DNA of 64,000 nucleotides from Caldisericota bacterium (GCA_029548865.1 JAKPMO010000002.1:245169-309168), one strand, 5' to 3'. Positions 8,991-19,401 are shown, counted from the first letter of the stretch. Program-made: numbers and translations. Notes: generated by a model from the sequence alone, not told the origin.

Positions 8991-10767
8991 GTATATACAC
9001 GAAGAAGAAGCCCTTGGAAAAGCTTATGATTCAAGGCTCATAAAAAGACTTCTAAAATATCTGAAGCCATACGTCGGCAAAACAATTCTTTCTTTGCTAA
9101 TGCTCGTTTTCTGGACGGCCCTGAGGCTTGCTTCGCCGATAATTATGAAGCTTGCTCTTGATAAATACATTAGCAAAGGGGACATCAAAGGCCTAGGAAT
9201 TCTTATGCTTGCGATGTTTACCCTGATTATCTTCCAGTCCATTGTCAGGTATTATCAGATCCTTATCATGTCTTTCATTGGTCAGTATCTCATGAGGGAC
9301 ATGAGGCGCCAGATTTTTGACAAATTGCAAGACATTCAGATGTCATTTTTTGACCACAATCCAGTTGGAAGGCTTATCACCAGAATAACATCAGATGTTG
9401 ACGCGATTTACGAGTTTCTGACTCAGGGCATAATAACCCTCATAACAGACGTGACGATCGTTATCGGTTCTACAATAATGCTCTTCATCCTCCAGCCAAC
9501 ACTTGCGCTTATCGCTGTTTCGATTATGCCCCCAATGATGGTTGCGGCAGTGGTATTCAAGAATCTGGCAACCAAGTTTTACAGGGAGGTCAGGGTCAAA
9601 ACAGCAAAGGTCAATGCTTTCCTACAGGAGAGCATCACTGGTGTTCGTACTATCCAGTGGAGTGGCAGGGAAGACATAAACAAAGGCATGTTTGCCAAAA
9701 TTTCCGGAGAGCTCAAAGGCAGCCAGCTCAAGGCTGTTCTTAACTATACAGTTTTCTTCCAGGCAATTGACCTGTTCGAAACAGTTGCAACGGGTTTTGT
9801 TGTCTGGTATGGAAGCTTACTGGTACTCAAGGTGGCAATAACTGTCGGACTTCTTGTGGCTTTTACATCGTACCTGAAGGAATTCTATGCCTCGATGTAT
9901 GATATATCTGACCATTTCAACACCATGCAGGAAGCGATGACCTCTTCAGAGAGAATATTCAAGCTTCTTGATGAACCCGTTGTCATAAAAGAAAAAGTTG
10001 ATGCCATCTGGCCGGAAGAACCAATCAATGGCCATGTTGAATTTCAGGATGTACAACTGGAATATCAGCCCGGTCAGCCTGTCCTTAAGGGCGTGTCGTT
10101 TGAAGTAAAACCAGGCCAGAAAGTGGCCGTTGTCGGGCCAACTGGTGCCGGTAAGTCCAGTATAATCAGTCTTCTCTCAAGACTGTATGACATCCAGGGC
10201 GGGGACATAAAGATAGATGGCCACTCAATATACAACCTCAAACTAGGCTATCTGAGGAGCCAGATTTCTGTTGTGCTTCAGGACCCATTCATCTTTTCAG
10301 GCCCAATCATTGACAATATAACTCTCCTCTCGCCTATCAGCAGGGAAAGAGCCAGAGAAGCAGCCAGGCTTGTCGGCGCCGAAGATTTCATCCTTAAACT
10401 GCCTGAAGGGTATGACTATGTTCTGACCGAAAGAGGGGCAACACTCTCTGTTGGTCAGCGTCAGCTCCTTTCATTCGCCAGGGCAATTGCCCATGACCCA
10501 AGAATACTTGTCCTAGATGAGGCGACAAGCTCTATCGACACGGCCTCTGAAACGCTGATCCAGGAGGCCATGAAAAACATGATGGCTGGCAGGACCTCGA
10601 TTGTTGTGGCCCACAGACTCTCAACCATCAAGGATGCCGATCTTGTGCTGGTTATCTCTGATGGAAAGATTGCAGAGAGCGGATCACACGATGAGCTTTT
10701 GAAAAGGGGTGGAATGTACAAGACCCTTTATGAGCTCCAGTTCAAGGCCCAGGAAAGAAACTCATAA
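8983..10767 (+). CDS. ABC exporter, second half
   Basis: GPTGAGKS, LSVGQRQL and LVLDEATS. Confidence 0.92.
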   Translation: MPEYIHEEEALGKAYDSRLIKRLLKYLKPYVGKTILSLLMLVFWTALRLASPIIMKLALDKYISKGDIKGLGILMLAMFTLIIFQSIVRYYQILIMSFIGQYLMRDMRRQIFDKLQDIQMSFFDHNPVGRLITRITSDVDAIYEFLTQGIITLITDVTIVIGSTIMLFILQPTLALIAVSIMPPMMVAAVVFKNLATKFYREVRVKTAKVNAFLQESITGVRTIQWSGREDINKGMFAKISGELKGSQLKAVLNYTVFFQAIDLFETVATGFVVWYGSLLVLKVAITVGLLVAFTSYLKEFYASMYDISDHFNTMQEAMTSSERIFKLLDEPVVIKEKVDAIWPEEPINGHVEFQDVQLEYQPGQPVLKGVSFEVKPGQKVAVVGPTGAGKSSIISLLSRLYDIQGGDIKIDGHSIYNLKLGYLRSQISVVLQDPFIFSGPIIDNITLLSPISRERAREAARLVGAEDFILKLPEGYDYVLTERGATLSVGQRQLLSFARAIAHDPRILVLDEATSSIDTASETLIQEAMKNMMAGRTSIVVAHRLSTIKDADLVLVISDGKIAESGSHDELLKRGGMYKTLYELQFKAQERNS

Positions 10768-10775
10768 CAAAGTAA

Positions 10776-10802
10776 AACAGCCCCTCTCTTGGAGGGGCTG
10801 TT
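10776..10802. terminator. Hairpin after the ABC operon
   Basis: AACAGCCCCTC-tcttg-GAGGGGCTGTT inverted repeat. Confidence 0.65.
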
Positions 10803-10847
10803 GGAAAACGAATGCCAAATTTTTTCTTCAGAGAGTAAACAAAACTA

Positions 10848-11068
10848 TTCAGATCGTTCCCTTTCTTGGTAAATGGAAAGCCACTCGAATCCTTCTCTCT
10901 CCAAGCAGATGAGAAATTACTCAAATCCTTCCCCCTCCTCAGAGCAAGTAGGAAATCACTCAGATCCTTCTCCCGAAGGGAGAAGGAAAAAGGATGAGGG
11001 GGTTTTAAAAACCTTCAAAACCACCCAAAAACCACCTCACCCGAACCCTCTCCTGGAAGGAGAGGGGC
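10848..11068. repeat. Degenerate 36-39 nt tandem repeats plus REP-like palindromes (CCTCACCC.AACCCTCTCC...GGAGAGGG type)
   Basis: Units beginning (C/T)TCRRATC(C/G)TTC at 10848, 10884, 10920 and 10959; palindromes CCTTCTCCC-gaa-GGGAGAAGG and CCCTCTCCT-gga-AGGAGAGGG. Confidence 0.6.
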
Positions 11069-11110
11069 AAAAATGGGAGCCTTTTTCCTGAAAAAAGGGT
11101 TTGTATTTAA

Positions 11111-11422
11111 TCAGATGAGCGTGACCACAAAACCTATAACTGCCCCGCCAACTGCACCTGTTCCGATGATTGGCGCATAGACCCTTGTGATTATTGCAGA
11201 TGGAAGGCTGAGCACGAGGCCCACCAGAAAACCTGTCAGGATTGGGTTGATGCCCAATTCCAGGTTTGGGATGATAAATCCGATTGCAAAGCGGTCAATG
11301 AAAGCTGAAGAGATGGCCTCTGCTTTGCGGCGCGCATCTGGATATTTCATTGGCAGCATGACGATGATGTCCAGGAGGCCAAAAACCAGTCCGCATAATA
11401 ATCCCAAGTATATTTTGTTCAT
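11111..11422 (-). CDS. Small hypothetical membrane protein
   Basis: 103 aa with 3-4 hydrophobic helices. Confidence 0.75.
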   Translation of the reverse strand: MNKIYLGLLCGLVFGLLDIIVMLPMKYPDARRKAEAISSAFIDRFAIGFIIPNLELGINPILTGFLVGLVLSLPSAIITRVYAPIIGTGAVGGAVIGFVVTLI

Positions 11423-11601
11423 GTTTTGATTATGGCTGGCTTGTTTTCAAAATACAACAATCTGGATTTTTTGTGCAAGTTTGTTTTGGGAACTTCCAAT
11501 GCCCTGGTAGTACAAATTTGAGTAATAGTTAAGAGAGAACCTTGGATAAATTTCTAAGATTATTCCAAATCCTCAGCATTTTTGAGATTGATTTTTCAAA
11601 T

Positions 11602-11633
11602 AAAAAAGCCGGAGGCGAAACCTCCGGCTTTTT
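11602..11633. terminator. Bidirectional rho-independent terminator of the por operon
   Basis: AAAAAAGCCGGAGG-cgaaa-CCTCCGGCTTTTT. Confidence 0.88.
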
Positions 11634-11653
11634 GGTTCTCTGAAGAGAGGCTA

Positions 11654-12553
11654 TCAGACAAGCCCGAATTTTTCGATGTTTGCGTCGGCAATTACCTGAA
11701 TTTGTGCGATGACCTTTTTGCCTTCGTCTGATTTGAGCAGGTGCCTGAAACGGCTCTGGGTCTTGAGGTAGTCTTCCACTGGGACTTTTTTGGCGATTTT
11801 CTGGACTTTTACAAGCTGCCCGTCTTCGTATTCGATGACAGGGAAAAGACCTGTATTTACAGCAAGTTTTGCGATCTCGACTGCTTTGTCCGAATCAAAA
11901 CCCCAACCAAGTGGGCATGGGGCGTGGAAATGGATGTAGGACGGGCCGACTGTTTCGACAGCCTTTTTCACCTTGCGCTCAAGGTCCTTCGGGTTGGCAA
12001 GGCTCACTGTGGCTACATATTTGACCCTGTGTGCGTTGGCAATAGCGATCATGTCTTTTTTGAGGGTTTGGTTGCCCATGGACTCCGAGCCGGATGGGGA
12101 GGTGGTTGTGCTTGCATTGAATGGGGTTTGCGAGGAGCGCTGGATGCCTGTGTTCATGTATGCCTCGTTGTCCAGGCAGACGTAAAGAATATTGTGTCCC
12201 CTCTCCCACATTCCGGAGATGCAGCCTATTCCAATGTCGGCTGTTGCGCCATCGCCGCCCATTGCCACGACCTTGATGCCGGTTTTGCCTCTTGCTTTGA
12301 GGGCTACCTCTACACCAGATGCGATTGCGGAGCTGTTCTCAAAGAGCGAATGCACCCACGGCACTTCCCAGGCGGACTGTGGATATTTTGAGGTGAAAAT
12401 CTCGGAACAACCCGTTGCGTTGGCAACTATACAGTTTGGGCCGATTGCATCGATAATCAGCCTCATGCCTAGTGCTTCACCGCAACCTGCACAGGCGGTG
12501 TGGCCAGGGGCCAGAAGGTGCTTTTTCATCAGTTTTTGCTTAAGGTCTTCCAT
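11654..12553 (-). CDS. porB: Pyruvate:ferredoxin oxidoreductase beta subunit
   Basis: GHTACAGCG, ATGC, GGDGA and DNEAYMNTG. Start MEDLK overlaps the porA stop. Confidence 0.92.
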   Translation of the reverse strand: MEDLKQKLMKKHLLAPGHTACAGCGEALGMRLIIDAIGPNCIVANATGCSEIFTSKYPQSAWEVPWVHSLFENSSAIASGVEVALKARGKTGIKVVAMGGDGATADIGIGCISGMWERGHNILYVCLDNEAYMNTGIQRSSQTPFNASTTTSPSGSESMGNQTLKKDMIAIANAHRVKYVATVSLANPKDLERKVKKAVETVGPSYIHFHAPCPLGWGFDSDKAVEIAKLAVNTGLFPVIEYEDGQLVKVQKIAKKVPVEDYLKTQSRFRHLLKSDEGKKVIAQIQVIADANIEKFGLV

Positions 12554-13725
12554 TATTCCTCCAGAAGGTCCGGCCTGAGCCCGACCCATTCGGAATGGTG
12601 GGTCCCGGGGTTTGGCCTGTTGATCATTCCGATTATCTCGTCTTCATGGATGTCCCTGCCACCGAGGCCGTAGATAAAGCTGTCAATTGCTGGCGGATTG
12701 GATATTCCATAAAGGGCGGCCCTGATTTCTGAGCCAAGGATTTCTCCATAACCTGCGGACATTGCTCTGTCCATGACAATGACGTGCTTCTTTCCAGAAA
12801 GGGCTTCCTTGACTTTTTCGGTCGGGAATGGTCTGAAGGTCTTGATCTTGAGGAGGCCAACTTTTTGGCCTTTGCCCCTGAGCGTGTCAACAGCTTCTTC
12901 GGCAAGACCAGTGATTGAGCCCATGGCAACAACGACAGTATCGGCATCATCAAGCTTGTAGCTTCTTATGAGACCGCCCGACGGCCTTCCAAATTTCTTC
13001 TCAAATGATGCAGCAACTTCCTCGATTACCTTTGTGGATTCGAGGTTGGCCTTGTGCATCTGGTATCTGACGTCCATGTGGTATGCTGGCTCGGTGAAGC
13101 AACCCATTGTTATTGGGTTGGCCGGGTCGAGCACCTGGAATGGCTTGTAGGAGCCAAGATATTCATCAACAAGTTTCTGGTCCGGAATGTTTACTGGTTC
13201 GAAGGTGTGGGTGATGAGGAAACCATCAACGTTGACCATGTATGGTAGCTGGACCCTCTCGTCTTCGGCTATCTTGTAACCCATGATGTGAAGATCAAGC
13301 GATTCTTGTGCGTCTTCGGCAAATCCCATGATAAAACCGCTGTCGCGCATGAGCATTGCATCCTGCTGGTCGGACCAGATGGAAAGCGGTGCTGAAAGCG
13401 ACCTATTTGCGCAGCACATTACGAGTGGAAGTCTCATTCCAGCGCAGTTGTAAAGCACCTCGAGCATGAGTGCCAGGCCCTGGGATGTTGTTGCAGTGTA
13501 GGCCCTGGAGCCGCCTGCAAGAGCACCAAGAACGACTGATGCGGCACCAAACTCGGACTCGGTGTTGACGAATTCGGTTTTGAGCTGACCATCGGCGACC
13601 ATTTTGGCGAGGTCCTCGACTATGTGCGTCTGTGGGGTGATTGGATATGCAGAGATGACACCTGGCCTGCAAAGAGCGGCGCCGTGGGCTATTGCCAAGC
13701 TTCCTTCGATGAGTTCAATTGCCAT
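12553..13725 (-). CDS. porA: Pyruvate:ferredoxin oxidoreductase alpha subunit
   Basis: AYPITPQT, ESE, TATTSQGL and NRSLSAP. Confidence 0.92.
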   Translation of the reverse strand: MAIELIEGSLAIAHGAALCRPGVISAYPITPQTHIVEDLAKMVADGQLKTEFVNTESEFGAASVVLGALAGGSRAYTATTSQGLALMLEVLYNCAGMRLPLVMCCANRSLSAPLSIWSDQQDAMLMRDSGFIMGFAEDAQESLDLHIMGYKIAEDERVQLPYMVNVDGFLITHTFEPVNIPDQKLVDEYLGSYKPFQVLDPANPITMGCFTEPAYHMDVRYQMHKANLESTKVIEEVAASFEKKFGRPSGGLIRSYKLDDADTVVVAMGSITGLAEEAVDTLRGKGQKVGLLKIKTFRPFPTEKVKEALSGKKHVIVMDRAMSAGYGEILGSEIRAALYGISNPPAIDSFIYGLGGRDIHEDEIIGMINRPNPGTHHSEWVGLRPDLLEE

Positions 13726-13991
13726 TATCTCACCTCCAGGAGCATTTCAATGCATTTTACTGGGCAAATGTTTGCACAAATTCCGCAACCTTTGCAATAA
13801 TCGAGATCTGCATCGTATTTGTGTTCTTTGTCCCCAAAAATTATCCCTTCTGGGCAGTATGTTTCGCATGTTCCGCATGCGATACACTTTGCATGGTCAA
13901 ATTTTGGGTAATAGTTGCGCCAAGAGCCGGTTTTGTTTTCTTTTGATGTTCCGGGCTTGACATTAATTCCTGGTTTCAACATCTTGCTCAT
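13725..13991 (-). CDS. porD: Pyruvate:ferredoxin oxidoreductase delta (2x[4Fe-4S]) subunit
   Basis: TGSWR, CIACGTCETYCP and YCKGCGICANICP. Confidence 0.92.
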   Translation of the reverse strand: MSKMLKPGINVKPGTSKENKTGSWRNYYPKFDHAKCIACGTCETYCPEGIIFGDKEHKYDADLDYCKGCGICANICPVKCIEMLLEVR

Positions 13992-14533
13992 TTGGCCTCC
14001 TTTGCCGCATTGTAGGCCTTTCTGCAGGCCTTGGCGTTCTTTTCGCCAAGCTCGCCTGGGAACCTTTCCTTAACGGCCTTTTCGACCGATTCGATTTTAA
14101 TGAGCCCTGTGGCTCCGGCAAATGCACCGATCATTACGGTGTTCGGAATTGGTCTGCCAATTTCTTCTACGGCAATTTCCAGTGCCGGGACAGTTATTAC
14201 TCTGGCCTTTGTCTTGAGGCCAAGCTCTTCCGGTTTTTTTGCCGTATTGACGATCACGAGGCCATCTTCCTTGAGTCCGAACAGAAGATCGACAACACCG
14301 ATCAAAGTTGGGTCCTGGATGATCAGGAAATCTGGATGAAGGATCTGGGCCCTTGTCCTGATTTTCTTGTCAGAAATTCTGGCGAAGGCCTGAATGGGCG
14401 CACCTTTGCGCTCGGAACCGAAGCTTGGGAATGCCTGGGAGTTCTGTCCGTCCAGGAATGCCGCAACAGCAAGGATTTCCGAAGCGGTGACGCACCCTTG
14501 ACCTCCGCGGCCGTGAATGCGTATCTCTTTCAT
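13988..14533 (-). CDS. porC: Pyruvate:ferredoxin oxidoreductase gamma subunit
   Basis: EIRIHGRGGQG and AFPSFGSERKGAP. Confidence 0.92.
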   Translation of the reverse strand: MKEIRIHGRGGQGCVTASEILAVAAFLDGQNSQAFPSFGSERKGAPIQAFARISDKKIRTRAQILHPDFLIIQDPTLIGVVDLLFGLKEDGLVIVNTAKKPEELGLKTKARVITVPALEIAVEEIGRPIPNTVMIGAFAGATGLIKIESVEKAVKERFPGELGEKNAKACRKAYNAAKEAK

Positions 14534-14616
14534 TTTTTCTCACCTTTCCAATTGTATTATGAGCCACGGTGGATTATAAACACAAAGGCACTTTATCAAA
14601 GGGTGGTATGGTAAAC

Positions 14617-15351
14617 ATGGACGAAATAAAAAATGCCGTTGATTTGCTGTTAAAAGCTGGCAGGGTTTCGGCCCTTACGGGGGCTGGGATGTCTGCCGAG
14701 AGTGGAATACAGACTTTCCGTGACAAAGATGGCGTCTGGACAAAGATGGATCCGATGAAATGGGCAACCAGAGAGGGCTATCTTGAAAATCCGAAACTAG
14801 TGTGGGAATGGTATGAAGCAAGAAGAAACCAGGTGAAGAACTCAAAGCCGAATGATGGACATTGTGCAATGGCAGAATTTGAGAACATTTTCGGTCATTT
14901 TTCGGTTGCTACACAAAATATAGATGGATTTCACAAGCTCTCTGGTTCAAAAAACGTGCATGAGCTTCATGGCAATATATTCAGGAACAAGTGCTTTGAT
15001 GAAGACAAAATGCTTGAAGAACTTGATGAAACAAGCATTCCACCAAGATGCCCATATTGTGGCGCTTTGGCCAGGCCTGATGTGGTGTGGTTTGGGGAGA
15101 TACTACCGCAAGAAGTTTGGGAGGCTGCTTTTGATGATGCAAAAAACTCTGATTTCTACATGGTGGTTGGTACTTCGGGAACTGTCTATCCTGCCGCTGG
15201 CCTTGCCGGGATTGCAAAAAAGAATGGCGCAAAAGTGATAATTATAAATCCTGAAGACTCCGAGATTGATTTGCTGGCAGATGTTTTAATAAAGGGCAAG
15301 TCGGGAGAAGTTCTGCCAGAAATTCTCAGAGGGCTCCAGACCAGTAAATAG
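14617..15351 (+). CDS. cobB: NAD-dependent protein deacylase (sirtuin)
   Basis: TGAGMSAESGIQTFR, TQNIDG.H, HGN, RPDVVWFGE and GTSG.VYPAA. Start codon uncertain (14608 or 14617). Confidence 0.92.
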   Translation: MDEIKNAVDLLLKAGRVSALTGAGMSAESGIQTFRDKDGVWTKMDPMKWATREGYLENPKLVWEWYEARRNQVKNSKPNDGHCAMAEFENIFGHFSVATQNIDGFHKLSGSKNVHELHGNIFRNKCFDEDKMLEELDETSIPPRCPYCGALARPDVVWFGEILPQEVWEAAFDDAKNSDFYMVVGTSGTVYPAAGLAGIAKKNGAKVIIINPEDSEIDLLADVLIKGKSGEVLPEILRGLQTSK

Positions 15352-15474
15352 CCAGGATTACCCATAAAGGTTTCAAAGGGATTTTTCTGCTCTCTACCAA
15401 CTTTTGGCAAAAGATTGACAAAGCCTTCTTTTGGAAATAACTTAATTACAATCTGATATTGCCAGGAGGACGGG

Positions 15475-16404
15475 ATGAAAAGGGTTATTTTTGCAGTCTT
15501 TTTGATATCGGTTATGGCCATTTTGTTTGTTGGCCCTGTTTTCTCGCAGGAAAACAAGAATTCACCACCACCAACAACTATTACAGGCGTTCCATCCACG
15601 CCAGACGAGATAATGGCCGCCCAGAAAAGAAATTATGTCCAGTTTCCAATTTTGAATGGTAAATATGGCCAGATATGGCTGATTCCCAAGGGAGAGGCAA
15701 AAATAACCGCCAGGAACATAAAAGGGCTCATTGCAGGTGACGTCATCGAGGTTGACAATGATGGAACAAGTGCCTGTTCAATTGATTTTGACAACTTTAC
15801 CTCGGTCTATCTCAAATCGGATAGTGCCATCGAGTTTGTCGACACTACACCAACAAAAATGAAAATAAAACTTTTGAAAGGTGACATGCTCTTTGCTTCA
15901 AAGAAGTCCTCAGGGATCGAGCTTGTCCAGGACGGCTGGGCAACCCAGGGGCTTGAAGGAACGTTCACCTTTTCAGTGACCAGAGACAGCTCCGAGATGA
16001 GCGTTGTTGAAGGCACGACTGCATTCAAAATAGAAAAATCGGGGTCCGTTTACAAAATAGACGCAGGCAACACTGCAATAATAACAAAGGATGGCATTGG
16101 CGAGATTGACCCGGCTGGCATATCGCCGTTGCGTTTCTGGGATGACACCATATCAAACCTGAACCCGACACTGCCAAAATCAAAAGAAGCTGTTGAGCCA
16201 TCGACCGCTTTTTCGCTTGGCGCAATTTTGCTGATTGTTGTTGCGGCAATCATTGTTGGTTTGCTTGTTTACGTTGTATACAGGACAATCAACAAGAGGC
16301 CAAAGGTTGAGATTGAGAAAGTTGATGAGCCGAAGCCGCGCACAGAAGATATTGTTGCATCCGAGATCGAGGAGATCACCACTGACGAGACGATAATAAA
16401 ATAA
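15475..16404 (+). CDS. Secreted/membrane-anchored FecR-domain protein
   Basis: Signal peptide, GD.I.V...S...I.F and GT.F...SVVEG FecR-like pattern, C-terminal TM helix. Confidence 0.6.
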   Translation: MKRVIFAVFLISVMAILFVGPVFSQENKNSPPPTTITGVPSTPDEIMAAQKRNYVQFPILNGKYGQIWLIPKGEAKITARNIKGLIAGDVIEVDNDGTSACSIDFDNFTSVYLKSDSAIEFVDTTPTKMKIKLLKGDMLFASKKSSGIELVQDGWATQGLEGTFTFSVTRDSSEMSVVEGTTAFKIEKSGSVYKIDAGNTAIITKDGIGEIDPAGISPLRFWDDTISNLNPTLPKSKEAVEPSTAFSLGAILLIVVAAIIVGLLVYVVYRTINKRPKVEIEKVDEPKPRTEDIVASEIEEITTDETIIK

Positions 16405-16419
16405 GAGAGGAAATTACAT

Positions 16420-17352
16420 ATGGTGAGCTGCAATTATTTCTATATGCCTATTTTGAAAACCCTGTCTGATGGCAAGGAATGGAACAAGAAGGATATATTT
16501 GAATCTGTAGCAAAAATATTGAATTTAAGTGAAGAGGAAAAAAATGAGAGAATACCATCCGGCCCACTAAAATACCAAAAAAGGATGGAATTATCTTTCT
16601 TTTATTTAGTAAAAGCTGGTCTTATCGAAAGAACTAAACTTGCCAATCTCCTTATTACTGAGGAAGGTAGAAAATTATTGAAGGAAAACCCTCCAATTAT
16701 TGATAACAATTTTTTACAAAAAAGATATGTTCAATATGCTGAGTGGTTAAAAAGTTATAGGCATGAATATCAAGGCCCAAAAGACAATTATCCTAGACAA
16801 ACAGAGGGTATTGTTGATTGTGGGTCTATAACCCCCGAAGAAGAGATAGATCAGGCCTTTAGAGATTTGAGGGAAAATCTTGTAGACGAGTTACTTGAAA
16901 CAGTAAAGAGGGTCGATCCGTCATTTTTTGAAAAACTTGTTATCGATCTGCTCTTGAAGATGGGTTATGGTGGTTCGAGGGCCGAGGCTGGCAGGGTGGT
17001 TGGAAAAACTGGCGACGGTGGGATTGATGGTGTAATTGATGAAGACAAGCTTGGCTTGGACAAGATTTATATTCAGGCCAAGAGATGGGAAAATACCGTT
17101 GGAAGACCGATTGTTCAAGCTTTTGTGGGCAGTCTGGCTAGCAATCACTCAAAAAAAGGCATTTTTATCACTACATCCGATTTCACAAAAGATGCCAGGG
17201 AATACATAGAAAAAATTGACAGCCGGATTTCGCTTGTTGACGGCAGAAAGCTCGTTGAGTTGATGATTGATCACGGGCTTGGTGTCAGCACGAGCAACAC
17301 ATACGAGATCAAAAAAGTCGACAGGGACTATTTCCCTGAAGACCTATTCTAG
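16420..17352 (+). CDS. mrr: Mrr-family type IV restriction endonuclease
   Basis: Mrr_N winged helix; FFEKLV.DLL.KMGYG, DGGIDG, YIQAKRW and KGIFITTS.F. Confidence 0.92.
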   Translation: MVSCNYFYMPILKTLSDGKEWNKKDIFESVAKILNLSEEEKNERIPSGPLKYQKRMELSFFYLVKAGLIERTKLANLLITEEGRKLLKENPPIIDNNFLQKRYVQYAEWLKSYRHEYQGPKDNYPRQTEGIVDCGSITPEEEIDQAFRDLRENLVDELLETVKRVDPSFFEKLVIDLLLKMGYGGSRAEAGRVVGKTGDGGIDGVIDEDKLGLDKIYIQAKRWENTVGRPIVQAFVGSLASNHSKKGIFITTSDFTKDAREYIEKIDSRISLVDGRKLVELMIDHGLGVSTSNTYEIKKVDRDYFPEDLF

Positions 17353-17928
17353 TTCATCCTGGTCTTTTGGTACAAAATTGAACTTGTTGCCGGCCGCCTG
17401 GTAACCTTCCTCTATTAGGAAAAGGCAAGCCTGTGCGGCTTTTTTTATTGCCTCTCCTAGTCCTTCATCCTTCGTCCTTGAAAGGACAAAATCAACTACC
17501 TCATCTTTTGTCTCCGGCCTTCCGACGCCTATTTTGATCCTGTAAAAATCCGATTTTCCAGTTTCTTGTATTATGGATGCAATTCCCTTGTGTCCGCCAT
17601 TTGATCCGCTTTTCCTGATCCTGAGGGCCCCTGACGGGAGGTCTATGTCGTCATGGATGATTATCCAGTGGTCGGAAGGCACCTCGTTAGCATTTGCAAG
17701 ACACCCGACTGGCCCACCAGACAGGTTCATGAAAGAAAGAGGTTTTGCAATCACAAATTTCATTTCATCAAATTCCAGCCTGGCAATTTTTGCCCCGCAG
17801 GACATCCTTGAAATCCTTGTTTTCAGCGATTTTGCGAGGGCATCCACAGCATCAAAACCCACATTGTGCCGTGTGTGTGCGTATTTGAGTCCGGGATTTC
17901 CAAGTCCCACTATGAGCCATTTTTCCAT
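17344..17928 (-). CDS. pth: Peptidyl-tRNA hydrolase
   Basis: GLGNPG..Y..TRHNVGF, KP..FMNLSG, HDDIDL and GGHKG. Confidence 0.95.
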   Translation of the reverse strand: MEKWLIVGLGNPGLKYAHTRHNVGFDAVDALAKSLKTRISRMSCGAKIARLEFDEMKFVIAKPLSFMNLSGGPVGCLANANEVPSDHWIIIHDDIDLPSGALRIRKSGSNGGHKGIASIIQETGKSDFYRIKIGVGRPETKDEVVDFVLSRTKDEGLGEAIKKAAQACLFLIEEGYQAAGNKFNFVPKDQDELE

Positions 17929-18003
17929 ACGGAAACATTATCTACAAAAAACTCCGGCAGTCACGATTAAAATATTTACACAAATTGCAATTTGCGACCA
18001 AAT

Positions 18004-18033
18004 AAAAAACGGCCCTTTTGGGGGCCGTTTTTT
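18004..18033. terminator. Rho-independent terminator of the ser operon
   Basis: AAAAAACGGCCC-ttttgg-GGGCCGTTTTTT. Confidence 0.85.
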
Positions 18034-18054
18034 ATTTGTCTGGTTAATATTTGG

Positions 18055-19395
18055 CTATTTTACAGTCTCTTTGTCTGGGAAGTACTGAATTACAAGCCCT
18101 GACTGGACCTTCGGGAAGTAGTCCGTCGATTTCTGCGGCATTGTCTCGAAGTGTTTTGTTACATCCTCAACCTGGGTTGTGAGTGTCGGATTCATGAGGA
18201 AGACGCACTGGTGAGTGCCCTTGGCCACAGGTTCGACCGCTTCCGGAACATACCTTTCATAGTCAACGTTTGTCTGGGCAGCAAGCTTTGCATCGTCAAT
18301 CCCCAGCTGTTTTTCAAGTATCAGCTTGTGGAGGATTGTTACATCCAGCCTCTTCCAGTCATTGGATTTTTCAACCGGAATGGAATCGGCGATTGACAGG
18401 TCCTTGAGAGTCAGCATGTACATCTTTTTTGAACCCTTCGGGAAGTATCCGAAGGCGTGCTTGTCCACGTTTTTGCCCATCATTTCAACCAGTTTCCTTG
18501 CGGCATCGACTGCTGATCCGGAAACTTCAACCTCTGCTACATCAAAATTGCCCTTGAGCTGTTCAAGCAGTTTTGCGCCATCAAAATTTGGGACATCACG
18601 GACCAGCCTGTGGGTTGGGAAAACGTAAAGGTTTGGATCGGCCATGTTGACATAGGCGATCATCCTGTAGTTCCAGCCTTCTTTGCCAGTGAAACCCGGA
18701 TTCTTTTCCCTCATCTCGTTGCGATAATTGAGGGCGGTTTCGTACCTGTGGTGGCCATCACAGATGATGGTTATTTTTGGGTCCATCAGGTCCTGCACCT
18801 TTTTTATTGTTGCCGGGTCGCTAATTTTCCAGATTTTGTGGTGGGTCTTGTATTCGTCCACAGCATCAAAGAGGGGCCCCGAGCCGGTTTTCCCGGAGAG
18901 CACCTTGTTGATTGCGTCCTCATTGTCTCTGTAGAACATCAGGACGAGGCCAGTATTTGTTTTTGTTGACCTCATGAGCATGAGTCTGTCCTGCTTGGGG
19001 CCAGAAAGTGTGTGCTCGTGCGGATAGACAATCTTTTCCGAATACTCGTGGAGTTTGCCTAGTGCTATGAAGCTCATGCGGGTAACGGTCTTGCCAGTAT
19101 CAGGATGGATATATTCCTGGTTGTAGACGTAGATGCACGGCTCTTGGTCGCGCTCAAAAATGTTCTCGGCCATCCACAGCTTTGTGTACCATTCTGCCCT
19201 GACATACTTGTTGTAGTTCTCGTCGTCCCCCTGGAGGTCCTTTCCCAGCTCAACGCGGATGGCGTTGTAAGGCGAGGTCTTATAGTATTCCTCCTGCATT
19301 TTTGGGGTGATTTTGTCGTATGGCTGGGTGATCAGGTCCTGTATGTTACCAGCCTGTTTGCTGTAGTGGACTCCTTTAAAGGGGAGTATTTCCAT
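18055..19395 (-). CDS. DUF1015 family protein (ParB/Srx-like DGHHR motif)
   Basis: PYD.I, PHEHT, DGHHRYETA and MPQKSTDYFPK..SGL. Confidence 0.88.
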   Translation of the reverse strand: MEILPFKGVHYSKQAGNIQDLITQPYDKITPKMQEEYYKTSPYNAIRVELGKDLQGDDENYNKYVRAEWYTKLWMAENIFERDQEPCIYVYNQEYIHPDTGKTVTRMSFIALGKLHEYSEKIVYPHEHTLSGPKQDRLMLMRSTKTNTGLVLMFYRDNEDAINKVLSGKTGSGPLFDAVDEYKTHHKIWKISDPATIKKVQDLMDPKITIICDGHHRYETALNYRNEMREKNPGFTGKEGWNYRMIAYVNMADPNLYVFPTHRLVRDVPNFDGAKLLEQLKGNFDVAEVEVSGSAVDAARKLVEMMGKNVDKHAFGYFPKGSKKMYMLTLKDLSIADSIPVEKSNDWKRLDVTILHKLILEKQLGIDDAKLAAQTNVDYERYVPEAVEPVAKGTHQCVFLMNPTLTTQVEDVTKHFETMPQKSTDYFPKVQSGLVIQYFPDKETVK

Positions 19396-19401
19396 CGATT
19401 T

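Noticed and set aside
10848..10990. Possible CRISPR array
   Set aside because: The units are degenerate, the 36-39 nt period leaves no room for repeat plus spacer, and there are no cas genes.
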